56,593 nucleotides of DNA. Source: Octopus bimaculoides. Lineage: Eukaryota. The stretch spans positions 36,945,177-37,001,769 of the forward strand of contig NC_068985.1 in NCBI RefSeq assembly GCF_001194135.2. The letters are read 5' to 3'. Under the pieces are notes generated by a model. That model was not told the origin of the DNA and did no database searches. It saw only the letters and a program-made list of their open reading frames with translations. This document shows, in pieces, positions 13,224 through 25,831 of this stretch. A program made the translations under genes and the position numbers. Numbering within the stretch: the first letter of the stretch is position 1; every line of letters begins with the position of its first letter.

Positions 13224-13544
13224 GTCTGTCTGTTTGTCTCCCTGTCTGTCTGTCCGTCCGTCCGTCCGTCCGTCCGTCCGTCCGTCTGTCCGTCCGTCCG
13301 TCTGTCTGTCTGACTGTCTGTCTGTATCTGTCTGTCTCTGTCTCTCATTCTCACTATCTCTCTAACTGTACTAATGTTTGTTCCCACGGCGCGTTATATT
13401 GAAAACATTTTTACATAAAACTGAAGGATTATTCAATACTTTTTGTAGAGTACATTTTTATTATTGATTAACAAGAAAGAGCAATGTTTGATCAAGGCTA
13501 AGCAGGCCGATGGCACTGTCATCACTATTTCTGTGAAAGAAAAA

Positions 13545-13618
<74 letters not shown>

Positions 13619-14331
13619 CTCCGTCGAAGGCTTATACACCTCAATATTAGACTTCTTTAGCCAATACACATTATTATTATTATTTACAGAATTTTCTGTC
13701 GTAATCGCTTTTCCTTTTAACGCAGGACACATACGTTTGTTTTAAAAATGCACTATAAAAATATAACTCTTTAATCTAACAGAAAGGTGTGGGTGGGTAG
13801 TTTTGTGTATTCAGTTGGCACACTTATNNNNNNNNNNNNNNNNNNNNNNNNNNNNNNNNNNNNNNNNNNNNNNNNNNNNNNNNNNNNNNNNNNNNNNNNN
13901 NNNNNNNNNNNNNNNNNNNNNNNNNNNNNNNNNNNNNNNNNNNNNNNNNNNNNNNNNNNNNNNNNNNNNNNNNNNNNNNNNNNNNNNNNNNNNNNNNNNN
14001 NNNNNNNNNNNNNNNNNNNNNNNNNNNNNNNNNNNNNNNNNNNNNNNNNNNNNNNNNNNNNNNNNNNNNNNNNNNNNNNNNNNNNNNNNNNNNNNNNNNN
14101 NNNNNNNNNNNNNNNNNNNNNNNNNNNNNNNNNNNNNNNNNNNNNNNNNNNNNNNNNNNNNNNNNNNNNNNNNNNNNNNNNNNNNNNNNNNNNNNNNNNN
14201 NNNNNNNNNNNNNNNNNNNNNNNNNNNNNNNNNNNNNNNNNNNNNNNNNNNNNNNNNNNNNNNNNNNNNNNNNNNNNNNNNNNNNNNNNNNNNNNNNNNN
14301 NNNNNNNNNNNNTATATACACACACACACAC

Positions 14332-14381
<50 letters not shown>

Positions 14382-14677
14382 GTATGTGCGAGTGTGTGTG
14401 CGTGTGTTTGTCGAGGTACTTTTTGAGAAATTTCCTTTGTTCAAAAATTAATCTGGCTCCTTTCATTACTTCTAATGTGTTAATTCTACAAAGAAATGAA
14501 ATTAAGTGATTTCTCAGCTCTTAAATTGTGCATGCATTTTTTGAATACCTCGTATATTTATATATGCATATACGTAATACATACACACATACATATACAC
14601 GCACGCACATTTATACATACATACATGCATGTATTCAAACATACATACATACATACACACATTCATACATACATACA

Positions 14678-14710
<33 letters not shown>

Positions 14711-15104
14711 GTGTGTCTCAACGTGTGTAAGCAAATAGGTTTTTGCCTGCGCGTATATCGTATGTGCATCTGCCACGTTTATGTTATAACTTAACTGCAT
14801 ATTTTATTCTGAAGACGAATGACATGAGAAACATCGATTTATCATCCGGACCACTATTTCCCGATCTAACTTTTAGATATATTTCAATGTGATAAAGACG
14901 ATAACTCATACGCTCAAAGACTTCATTTGTCAGATTTTTGATACATCCTAGATTTGAGTATGGATTAAATGTTATCTTCTAACATGTAACCGAATTATAC
15001 ATACACACAGTTATACACTCATACATACATGGTTGCATACATACATACATACGTATGTATATATACATACAGACACGCACACATAAACAAACAGATAAGA
15101 AGCA

Positions 15105-15270
15105 CACACCTGCATGTTTGTGCGATTAAGCAGTGTGCCTCAAAACTGCGTAGTTTCGGGTTCTGTACAACTGCGCGGCATCTAGGAAATGACTCTTCTA
15201 TAGCTCCTGGGTGACTACTTTCCAGGGAGTGAACTTGACACATGGGAAATTGTGCCAAAACCAGTCTTAT
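15105..15270 (+). mobile_element. SINE family A, degenerate 5' half
   Basis: ttcgggttctgtacaactgcgcggcatctaggaaatgactcttctatagctcctggg matches the reverse complement of the 20662 and 22968 copies. Confidence 0.55.
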
Positions 15271-15271
15271 A

Positions 15272-15315
<44 letters not shown>

Positions 15316-15324
15316 CAAATATAC

Positions 15325-15619
15325 TGCACGACAACGTGAAGTATATTTGCCACTTAAATGTGGCTAACCACTAAGGGTGGATGCTACTGTAGCTTGTAGC
15401 CCCAGGAGAACACCTTCTCCAGAAACCCAGGTCCGTGCGTATCACGTCAGGTCGACAATGGGAAGCATGGCTTCCTTTTGCAAATGCCCATAGGGCACAG
15501 AAAGTGTGTCAATAGCCAGCTGGAGAAGGTGTTCTCCTGGGGCTACAAGCTACAGCAGCATCCACACTTAAGGGTTAGCCACATTTATGCGGCAAATATA
15601 CTTCACGTTTTGTCTTGTA
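15325..15619. mobile_element. MITE/foldback element with ~95-bp terminal inverted repeats
   Basis: Left arm ~15325-15422 (..aacgtgaagtatatttgcc...ccccaggagaacaccttctccag) and right arm 15520-~15619 are reverse complements with few mismatches. The spacer is ~97 bp and non-coding. Confidence 0.8.
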
Positions 15620-15857
15620 ATTTTATTTGTAACTATTAACTAAATCTATATATACGTACATATACCCCTTTAATTATTTTATGTAATTTCATGTAATTAA
15701 AAAAAATCATTTTAATATATAATGTAAAGTATATACTTCTCTCACTTTTATATAACTTAACTTTGTCCAACGTCGCACGTTTTGTGACACGTATGCAATT
15801 TTTTAATAATTGTACGTATGGATAGACTCCTGGCGGTAATAAAAAAGAAATTATTAT

Positions 15858-16238
15858 GATTAGAGCAATGGACAAGATGCTTAGAACCATTTCTTCCAGC
15901 TTTTTACCTTCAAATTCTGCCGGGATCGACTTAACTTTCACCTTTCTGGATCGATAAAATAAGTATCACTAAAATTGTTAGCATTCGGTACCATTATTAA
16001 TGGTACAAAAATTTGGTACCATTACTGATTTTGATGACAAGACTGCTGAATCGTTAACACAGAATGCTTGAAGAAATTTTTTCTGGCTTTACTCTTTGAG
16101 TTCAAATTCTTACGATGTCGACTTTGCCTTCATCTTTTGAGGGTCGATAAAATAAGTACCAGTTGAGCATTGGGATCGATGTAATCGACTAGCTCCTCCC
16201 CTCGAAATTTTAGGCCTTGTGTTTATAGTAGAAAGAAA
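15858..16238 (+). mobile_element. two tandem degenerate SINE family B copies (15858-15975, 16040-16238)
   Basis: Both carry ttcaaattc...gtcgact(t)...gtcgataaaataagta(t/c)ca. The second also has the tail gggatcgatgtaatcgactagc...ggccttgtg. Confidence 0.7.
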
Positions 16239-16361
16239 AAAAAAACTTATTGTTGTTATTTTTGCTTTTGCTCTTATTTTTCAGAAATTATCTTTACACA
16301 TCTTTAATTTAACTGACGTAATTTTATATCTTTATTACACGGAAAGAAGCACGCAACAAAA

Positions 16362-16409
16362 CACGTGACTTGATTGGCTATTTCATTGCATTGCCTAACT
16401 AACATGGCG
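16362..16409 (+). promoter_or_regulatory. E-box + inverted CCAAT + YY1-like motif cluster
   Basis: CACGTGAC (16362-16369), TGATTGGC (16371-16378) and AACATGGCG (16401-16409) within 48 bp of unique sequence. Confidence 0.3.
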
Positions 16410-17100
16410 AAAAGCTTGAACATGGAAACAAAAACTGATCGAATGAAATTACAGAAGTAATGAATGTTAAGTGGTCTGATCTGATTCCATCTTATCTAAT
16501 CACATCTCTTTTAATCTCATCTCATTTCATCACCCATCGCCTACTACGCGTTCGATCATATCGCATATTATATATGATTGCTTTTTTTCAATTATTTTCG
16601 TTAATTGTTTTGTAGTTGTATAATAAAAACGTTGTAGTTTTTCTTGCAATTATAGTTGTTATAGTTATTGATGCAGTTATTGATATAATTCTCTGTTATC
16701 ATAGATAATGGAAGCTGTTGCATGTCTAAAGTAGCTGTTACAGTTTAAATAATGATTCTCATTCTGATGGAATGGTTGTTGAGTATTTTACTTAAAAAAA
16801 AACTTATGCAAGTTTCTAAATATATTTGTTTTGTTAGTTTACATTAGGAATACAGTTAGGGAGAAATGTAACTCGAAAATCAATAGAATAAACACCAGTC
16901 TGAAATAAGTACTGAAGTCAACACTACCAAAAGATCTCATGTGGGCGGTGTTACAGCATGGCCGCTATCCAATGAATGCAAACCAATAAAATCACTCTCT
17001 CTCTCTCTCTCTCTCTCTTCATATATATATATATATATGCATGTATTATATATATATATATGATATATATATATATTAAATATATATATGAAATAATATG

Positions 17101-17142
<42 letters not shown>

Positions 17143-17224
17143 GCTGGGCCAAATTTCGCGTATCAAAACATTTGACATTTTATTTATGTTACGCTGTTTC
17201 ATATACGCAAAACAGATTAAACTG

Positions 17225-18215
17225 TTGGAAAAGAAAGTTCCTAACATCGGCCTACAACAAGTAATCGCCCTGAGTATCCTACCTGTCCCTAATCACACAG
17301 TTTTCTGGAGCTGAACTAAACTTGGTTTTATGCTTATTTCCTCTATCCATCTGTTTACATCTTTAGGGATAGTTCCTTCAGCGATACATTTCAAGCGCAC
17401 TTTCCACGGCCTTTGTAACGCAATCGCTAGGTCCTGGCACTTTGCTGCTTTGTCTATACCTTTCATAATGACTTCCTCATTATTTGGAACTGCATAGTCA
17501 ATTACCTGGCTCTTTCTATTCTCTTTATCTACTATATTAAATCAAGCCTTCTATTACTCTGTCAATCTGAATGCTAATGTCACCATATATTTCTTACTTT
17601 CATATATATATTACTTTCTAGTACTTTACTCGGTTCGAATTCATACCACTTATCAGTATGGTCAAATCCCAGCTATCTACATAACACTCAGTAGCTTACT
17701 CTTCCTAGGTTGTCATGTCTTTTCTTGTATTCTTTCTCTTCCAGTATGTCACATTCAATTACTATATGTGTAACAATTTCTTCTTTTGATTTACATAACT
17801 TACATTAGGAATTTACCTGTTTCTTGTACATCTTGGCTTTTGTCCAATTGGTCCTCAATTGATTTTGTGCTGCTACTACCAAACTTTCTATTTCTCTTCC
17901 TTTTGCAACCATAACCACGTCTCACTATTACTATTTCCTGTAACTAACTTTGCGAATATATCATGCAAAGCCTTCTCTTGCCAGTCAGATAATCTTTCTT
18001 CTTTCATCTGGTTTTTAACTTCATTTGACTTTTTCGTTTCTCTATACCCTATTGTGACTCTAGCAGCTCTTAAACTTTCTTTAGTATTACCTAAATAGGA
18101 AGCTATGTCTAGCTAACTCCTCACAGTCTTCTACTGATATTGAGCCACTACCACCTTCCTTTCTAGGTAAGTACAATCTTCCTAGACATAGGGAATTGGT
18201 GAATATGCGAGTCAG
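17225..18215 (-). mobile_element. decayed RLE-type LINE (R4/Dong-like), 3' part of ORF
   Basis: Minus strand reads RLYLPRKEGG...CKLCKSKEEIVTHIVIECDILEEKEYKKRHDN...DRVIE..DLI.VDKENRK..VIDYAVPN...GTIPKDVNRWIEEISIKPSLVQLQKT..GTGRIL, with stops and frameshifts. Confidence 0.85.
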
Positions 18216-18285
18216 TGTCTCCGTATACATATATATCAATATACTTACAATTGTGTAACGAATGCATGTTTATTTTAGTATACTC

Positions 18286-18326
<41 letters not shown>

Positions 18327-18440
18327 ATGGATATAGGGATGGTATTATTAAAATACCATCACGAGTGACTATTCGGTGGTACAGAAGTATTCTTGACTTC
18401 TATTTGTTAACGAAGTAGGTGCTCATGTAATGCCCTTGTG

Positions 18441-18509
<69 letters not shown>

Positions 18510-18926
18510 CATTCTTCCCGAGCGTCAAGCTAATAAAACAGCTATTTCTTGCCTCACCTATCTTCAGTTTTTATTTTCTGTAAATTTGAACTGTATATGT
18601 ATGTATGTATGTACGTATGTATGTATGTATGTCCTTTTCTCCTACTTGTAAGACTTTTCGGTGATTATGTACTTTATTTAGAATTACAGCTAAGACCTAA
18701 ACCTTTGACAAAGGATATTCTTGATCATCAGTATCATGATTATTATTTGACGTCAATTTTTCCGTTCCCGATACCTTTCCTGTAGCCAACCTTTAACTGT
18801 TTCCAAACAAGGTAATATTCCCATAACCAAACATATTTTTCACGGAAGAACGAAAATGAACAACACGCTGCTTTACATCAATTACATGATGTCAAGACTA
18901 GGGTATGCATAAATACGCACACACGC

Positions 18927-18969
<43 letters not shown>

Positions 18970-19030
18970 CACACACACACATACACACATACATACATAC
19001 ACGCACACACACGTATGTATACATATGCAT

Positions 19031-19185
19031 ACAATGGGTTTTCAGTACCAAATCCACTCACAAGACTTTATTTGGCCTGGGGCTATAGAAGAAGACGCTT
19101 GCCTAAGATGCCCTGCAGTGGGACTGAACTAAAAATCGCAATGTTGGGAAACATGCTGTTTAACCCCACATCCATGCCTGCGTCT
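19031..19185 (-). mobile_element. SINE family A, 5' half
   Basis: accaaatccactcacaagac...ggctatagaagaagacgcttgcctaag...gcagtgggactgaac matches the full copies. Confidence 0.7.
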
Positions 19186-19390
19186 ACAGCAGTCTTAAGT
19201 ATGCAACTATGTTTGCGCCTTTATACACATTATAACATAAATAAATAAGAACCTAGCTTTACATTCACTGTAAGAATAAAACAAATCTTTATATAGAGCT
19301 ATAGTAACTTTATTGTTAATTGTAAATATTAAATTCAAGAAGAAATAGGAGAAACATGACTATGAGTTATTCGTTAAAAGTTTGCATTTT

Positions 19391-19666
19391 TTATGAAGGA
19401 TGTTTAGCAGGGAAGATATCTGATACATCATATGATCCACATACTTCCTCATATTCAGGCTCTTTGAATTTAAATAAATCGTCTCTTCGAATTCGGAAAG
19501 GATAGAGTGGTATTCGGCGTTGATATCCATTTGGTTTGTCCATAAATGCATAGTTTTGAGATTCAACAGCACGATTTCTTGCATCTTCTGAAGATTCTGC
19601 AGACAATATCACTCCAGTACAACAGAAGGCAACAATTATTAAGTAATTGCTCAAATACTGCTTCAT
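19391..19666 (-). CDS. putative secreted peptide/neuropeptide-like precursor, 91 aa (orphan)
   Basis: MKQYLSNYLIIVAFCCTGVILSA|ESSED... is signal-peptide-like, with basic sites QRR and RIRR. A strong splice acceptor (tttcttttgtaatctttccag, AG at 19685-19686) lies 18 nt before an initiator context CAAC-ATG. AATAAA at 19309-19314 follows the TAA stop. Non-repetitive composition. Confidence 0.62.
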   Translation of the reverse strand: MKQYLSNYLIIVAFCCTGVILSAESSEDARNRAVESQNYAFMDKPNGYQRRIPLYPFRIRRDDLFKFKEPEYEEVCGSYDVSDIFPAKHPS

Positions 19667-20661
19667 GTTGTATTTTTATAAGAACTGGAAAGATTACAAA
19701 AGAAAAGTATATATTTTACTGACTATCATTAAATAGCTACTACATGTACATCAATCTAAATTATTCAAGCAGAAAGATAAAAATTTATTCATGTTCTGGC
19801 CTTGCTACATCTCTATGAACGCAGTTTGTTATACTGCAGGAAAAAAGACTTTGTCCAAGGTACCACACAATGAAATTGAATCCCAGAATTTATTCATGTT
19901 TTTATTAACATAGCATTTCATGTCAAAAGGTTGCTTACATACATCTCTGTTATTAGGAAATGAAGAGAACTTATTACCTAATATATATATATATGATGAT
20001 TATTGTTATAAATTACCATGTGACTATCTCCAACACTTAATATGGATATGAAGTTGAGGTGTAAGATATTTAGTAGAAATGAAGATTTAATGAGAAGTCT
20101 TGTCTCTCTGCAATAAGAAAAATATTAAAAAAGGTAAAAAGCAATGAAAATTAATAATATAAAGAAAACTGATGGTTTTAACGAAGTGACTTTGAATAAC
20201 GTTCTTTACTTGCATCAGAAAATAAATAAGAAAAAAAAATTAATATTACTGTCACGTCATTGATTGCCGTCAAGTTTGGTATTCCTGCTTCAAGTATACA
20301 TGCTGGCGTTTGCTAAAAATAAAAGTATATATGTTCGTGTTTTTATCTCTTATGTATTGACAACCAGTGAGTAGCTTTCACCTACATATTCCTGCTGTCA
20401 TCTCTACTTCCAGCATTTCGGCTGAGATTTCCACTTCAGCTGACCCTTTTCACACACTTCTCTTAATAAGTGCTATCATTGTCAGCACTGATTGCTGTTC
20501 ACATAGTAGTGATTGTGGGTTAAATGCATGAAAACTACCATCCAGTAAACTAGAAATGAAAATCTCTATAAACTGACAGAACCACTGATCTTTGCAACTT
20601 TTGCAGTTCAGTTTTTCAGTCAAGTTTTATCAATACACTGAGTGTGGCAATTTGGCTGAAG

Positions 20662-20868
20662 TTACTCTCTTACTTGTTTCAGTCATTTGACTGCGGCCAT
20701 GCTAGGGCACTGCCTTTAGTCGAGCAAATTGACCCCAGGACTTATTCTTTGTAAGCCTAGTACTTATTCTATCAGTCTTTTTTGCCGAACCACTAAGTTA
20801 CGGGGACGAAAACACACCAGCATACCAGCATCGGTTGTCAAGCGATGTTGTGGGAACAAACACAGACA

Positions 20869-20910
<42 letters not shown>

Positions 20911-21084
20911 TACATATATGCGACGGTCTTCTTTCAGTTACCGTCTACCAAATCCACTCACAAGGCTTTGGTCGGCTCGAGGCTATAGTAGAAGATACTT
21001 GCCCAAGGTGCCACGCAGTGGGACTGAACCTGGAACCATGTGGTTGGTAAGCAAACTACTTACCACACAGCCACACCTGCGCCT
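20662..21084 (-). mobile_element. tRNA-derived SINE family A, full length
   Basis: Head AGGCGCAGGTGTGGCTGTGTGG (box A) ...GGTTCAGTCCC (box B), an internal CA/TG microsatellite, and a 3' stem-loop CAGTC-AAAT-GACTG followed by an AGTAA-type tail. Confidence 0.9.
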
Positions 21085-22967
21085 ATTATTATTATTTTTG
21101 TGCATCTGTGACATAATTTGTATTTATTGAATTTATAATTTGATACCTACAAGTAAAGACGGAAAATTTCCAACATCATCAAATGTTTGGCTTCAGACAC
21201 CAATTTTTTTTTTAGGCAATTGAAAGAACTTAGATTATTACAAATTCAATCATCTGGCCTTGCTCCATCTCTATGAACGCAGTTTGTTATGCTGCAGAAA
21301 ACAAGACTTGTCCAAGGTACCACACAATGAAATTGAATCCCAAACCATATAATTTTCAATGTGTTATACAAATTATATATATATATATATATAAACACAC
21401 ACACACACACATATGTATGTATATATGTATATAATTTCTATAACACATTACAAATCAACTAAATATTTAGATATTATTACTGAGTTAAATGGAATGAACA
21501 TAAAGCTGTTATGTAACAAAAAACAATAAAATTACTTTATAATTACTTATTTTAAACAATTATATATTTTGGAGATATACGAATTTTATAAACTTACAAG
21601 AGTTGTGAAATAATTCTTTTTTGGAAGAGTGGATCTCTGGGCGCATAGAGCTATAGATAATGGCATGTACATATTGGGCTGGAAGACCCGTTTTGATGGG
21701 AAAGGTCAAAGAACGCCTGTGATTGAAGCATTGTCATACATACAGGATATGTGAATTCATATCCCATGGGTAGCTTTTGACTTTTCCTGTGCAAGAAGGG
21801 TTTTTATCGGCATAATATTTGTATGAAATTATTTGTGGCTTTATGTGTTTCGAGATACACTGTCCCCAAAAAAGAACGATATATTTGTAATTTAGATAAT
21901 GTTAAACTATAAAATGAAATAGTTACATAATCTAGAATCTTCAGTTACTGAATTTGTTTTGTATTTTCATTCAAATTTCAGACAAGCTTTTTTTCTTGTA
22001 TTGTTTTGTTGTTACGTCACTGAATGAAATGTAGGAAATGCTGAGGTTTGTGATGAATTGCTATAAAAAAACGTTTTGGTTTAACTGAAATTGAACTCTG
22101 ATATAAGTAAAAATTAACATACTGATTTTGGCTGCAGGTGGAAAGATGCTAAGATCAAACTGCTGAGATTTGTTATTTTTCTATTTCTTTGCCTTTTACA
22201 ATATTGCCGTGACTTTCCTCTTTTCTACTAGATTGTGTAGGAGCTTTTAATGAAAGTTCCAACATAGCTGATCTTTATATACATCTGTACAAGCATACTC
22301 CTCCCTTATAGAATAGCGCTTCTGTTTAATCCAACACCCTGCAGTTCATTTTAGTATATTTTTTACTGTCCATGTTTCCATACTGACACAGCAAGTATTC
22401 TATTTATTCTTCATTTGTTTCCACATCTTGTCACTACTTGTCTATTTAATAGGCTACACTAATCTTATTGAATAGAAACCTACAACGAATTTAGTTGATT
22501 TTATAGCTTAAATTGAATAAAAAAATCTTCATTTTTCTTCACATGCCCCTAATAATATTTTATGATACCAAACATTAAAATATTTTTATTGGTCTCATGA
22601 AAACAATAAAGTCTTTTAATCAAACTAAAATATCATAAAAACAAATTGCTTTTTTCAAATATCTAAATACACAGAAATATATAATGTCTTGGTGAAAGTC
22701 ATATTAAGCACATGAATTTAGGTAGTGGTCACTTTAATTTACATATGGTGAAAGTTCTCTTAAAGTTACATGTCATTTATACAATACAGGCATAGAATGT
22801 ATTTTCTTGGAGATAAACAAAGTTAAATGTCAGGTATCCCTAAATTCTTGAGATTTTCCCTTAGTTGACTTGTCTAATGGCAGTTTTGACATATATATTA
22901 GAATCCTTATCCATTTTTTAAAAAATAACATGATACTGTAATAAGTTTTCTATGACTTTCTCTTCTA

Positions 22968-23371
22968 TACTCTTTTACTTGTTTCAGTCATTTGACTGCG
23001 GCCATGCTGGAGCACCGCCTTTAGTCGAGCAAATCGACCCCAGAACTTATTCTTTGTAAGCCTAGTACTTATTTTATCGATCTCTTTTGCCGAACCTATA
23101 GGTTATGGGGACATAAACACACCAGCATCGGTTGTCAAGCGATGTTGGGGGGACAAACACAGACACATAAACATACTCACACACATATATATACATATAC
23201 ATATATACGACGGGCTTCTTTCAGTTTCCGTCTACCAAATCCACTCACAAGGCTTTGGTCGGCTCGAGGCTATAGTAGAAGACACTTGCCCAAGGTGTCA
23301 CGCAGTGGGACTGAATCCGGAACCATGTGGTTGGTAAGCAAGCTACTTGCCACACAGCCACTCTCACGCCT
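22968..23371 (-). mobile_element. tRNA-derived SINE family A, full length
   Basis: Highly similar to 20662-21084 over its whole length. Confidence 0.9.
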
Positions 23372-24405
23372 AGGAGATGGATTATGAAAAAAACAATTAT
23401 GAAATCTCTACACATCTTTACAGAATACCTCCAGAATCACCGATTAAAGCAGATCCATCTTTGGATTTAAGATGAGCGGTAGTTGATGGGTTTTTTTTTG
23501 TAACAAGTTGTACTCTTTTATTAAAGCTTACTTAGATATTAACAAATACGCTAAACCACAATTTCTCTTGCTTGATTTCTAGTGAATTCCTCACTTGGCA
23601 TTCCTGACGAGTTTAGTCAGTACTCTCCCCTACTGCCATGAATACAGTTTATACTGGATCACATGGTAGCAGCGCACATGTTTGTGATTTAACATACAAA
23701 AGACACACACTTATGAATTGTACATGTATACACATTGGAGACAGTTAACAAAGGACAGCAAAGCAACTCCGACAAAAAATGTGGTGAGGATGGCACAGTA
23801 GTTGTTGGTGAGCGGAGTTGCTTGTGGGTACATGGCTAACAGAATCAATGTTTTCAGTCAAATTAAAAAAAAAAAAAGTTGCATGTGCATACATGTCATT
23901 TTCAGAAGTAAAAAGTGGATTAATGTGTTATGTTTTTAGAAATGATTGAGTTATTAAGCTGGAGTTTTCCATTCTTAGTTTAAATATCATTCTATGACAT
24001 CGATGTTCATATGTATGTATATGTACATATATATATATGTAAATGTGTGTGTGCCGTGTATACTGTATGTATTTGCATGTGTGTATGTGCGTATTTACGT
24101 AATATATTCGTATCACAAAAATTAAAACTTCTTTTTTATTAGTGTAAGCACGTAAGCTATAAAATCAACAAGTGGGAGATTTTTGTGAACGCTGCAACGT
24201 ATTATTCGTTTTTATAGCTTGCATTATTTTAAAAGAATTCTTTTATAGTGCCAATAAAATAGTTGATCAAATGTCATTTAAATACTGTACAGTGTTTCAT
24301 TAAAACCCAAATGATATTAATGAGAAATCCTCATCACCTGCCAGCTAGAATTTGCATTTGCATTGCTACGATGACATGTCATATATTCTGCTCTATCAGG
24401 GATGT

Positions 24406-24544
24406 CGTTCTTTAAGTCCATCAGATGTCGAGGCACCTCTGTTCTCCATCAGTCTTCACTAAAGCCTTAAACAATGTTTAAAACCTTAGTGAAGACTGGT
24501 GGGGAGAAGAGGTGTCTCAACATCTGATGGACTTAAAAAAAACG
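24406..24544. repeat. long near-perfect hairpin (~55-60 bp arms)
   Basis: tttaagtccatcagatgtcgaggcacctct...cagtcttcactaa pairs with ttagtgaagactgg...agaggtgtctcaacatctgatggacttaaa. The loop itself contains ttaaaca-a-tgtttaa. Confidence 0.85.
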
Positions 24545-24572
24545 AAGTGTATATATATATATATAATTCTTA

Positions 24573-24605
<33 letters not shown>

Positions 24606-25050
24606 NNNNNNNNNNNNNNNNNNNNNNNNNNNNNNNNNNNNNNNNNNNNNNNNNNNNNNNNNNNNNNNNNNNNNNNNNNNNNNNNNNNNNNNNNNNNNNN
24701 NNNNNNNNNNNNNNNNNNNNNNNNNNNNNNNNNNNNNNNNNNNNNNNNNNNNNNNNNNNNNNNNNNNNNNNNNNNNNNNNNNNNNNNNNNNNNNNNNNNN
24801 NNNNNNNNNNNNNNNNNNNNNNNNNNTTTATATTTATATATTTGATCCTTTATATTGAACACTCAATATTTCATCTACATTCAATACTTTATTTCACGGT
24901 GCCATCCATTTTTATTTTATTTTATTTTATATTATATATTGTATATTATATTATATATGTTGTATATTCCATATTCTATACCCCACATTGGTTCTGCAGG
25001 AATATAAATAAAACATAAAAAACAGACAGTGTTGGAACTCTTTTAAAGAA

Positions 25051-25098
<48 letters not shown>

Positions 25099-25831
25099 TT
25101 CTTTATGTGAATTCGTGTGTTGAAATAAGTTTTGTTCTGGCTAGGGACAGTTATTTATTATGTCAATATAATTAACACACACACTGGTTCAATTCCATCC
25201 CTTTTCTTTATTATTTGTCGATTGGTAAAATATCCAGCGAACTAATTTTGACAAACAACAACAAAATATATTAGTTGGTTGGATATTTAACCAACTGACA
25301 TATCCTCTGACAGACGTCCGCGAGAGAGTCATGAAATGGCACATACTTAGATTTGTGGAATGTATTTTAATTCGTCCATATATTCACCTGATGAAAGCGG
25401 TTATTTTTCGCATGGTGTAATGATTCTACTCATCAATAAAAAAACATAACTGAAATAGTTGTAGTGAGTGAACCACTATCCATCTATTAATATATGGCTA
25501 TTATTCACCTTACCCGGAACCTACAATTAGCTTAGATCTGGAGCCTATTGAGTGCAGTACAATTGGTGCATTATTTGTACCTAGGTGCAGCTCTGGACTC
25601 GTGGTATATGCAGTCGGATGCTTCTGAATGTACATGCAACTGGAATATCCACCTTTACTTCGGTAAGTACGTATATTTTTTGTACACAATAGTGATTTTA
25701 TTGACCCTACCTTGGAGCTTTACTATGTAAAGACCTGATTCACCTAAATTCTGCTCATAACTTGATTGGGCGATCTACTAGCGGAAATTAGTCAAACGTG
25801 TTGACTGGATTATATATAAAGCTACAACTTT

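Noticed and set aside
14805-14947. Minus-strand open stretch GCIKNLTNEVFERMSYRLYHIE... as a further exon
   Set aside because: The acceptor has a poor pyrimidine tract and several donors fit; adding it would be over-fitting the exon chain.
19484-19510. YPF in the predicted peptide recalls opioid-like casomorphin/endomorphin motifs
   Set aside because: The Tyr would not be N-terminal after cleavage at RR and there is no amidation Gly; likely coincidence.
21625-21755. Open plus-strand stretch RVDLWAHRAIDNGMYILGWKTRFDGKGQRTPVIEALSYIQD
   Set aside because: Weak splice signals and no recognisable family.
25388-25415. CTGATGA-aagcgg...tcgc
   Set aside because: Lacks GAAA and stem III.
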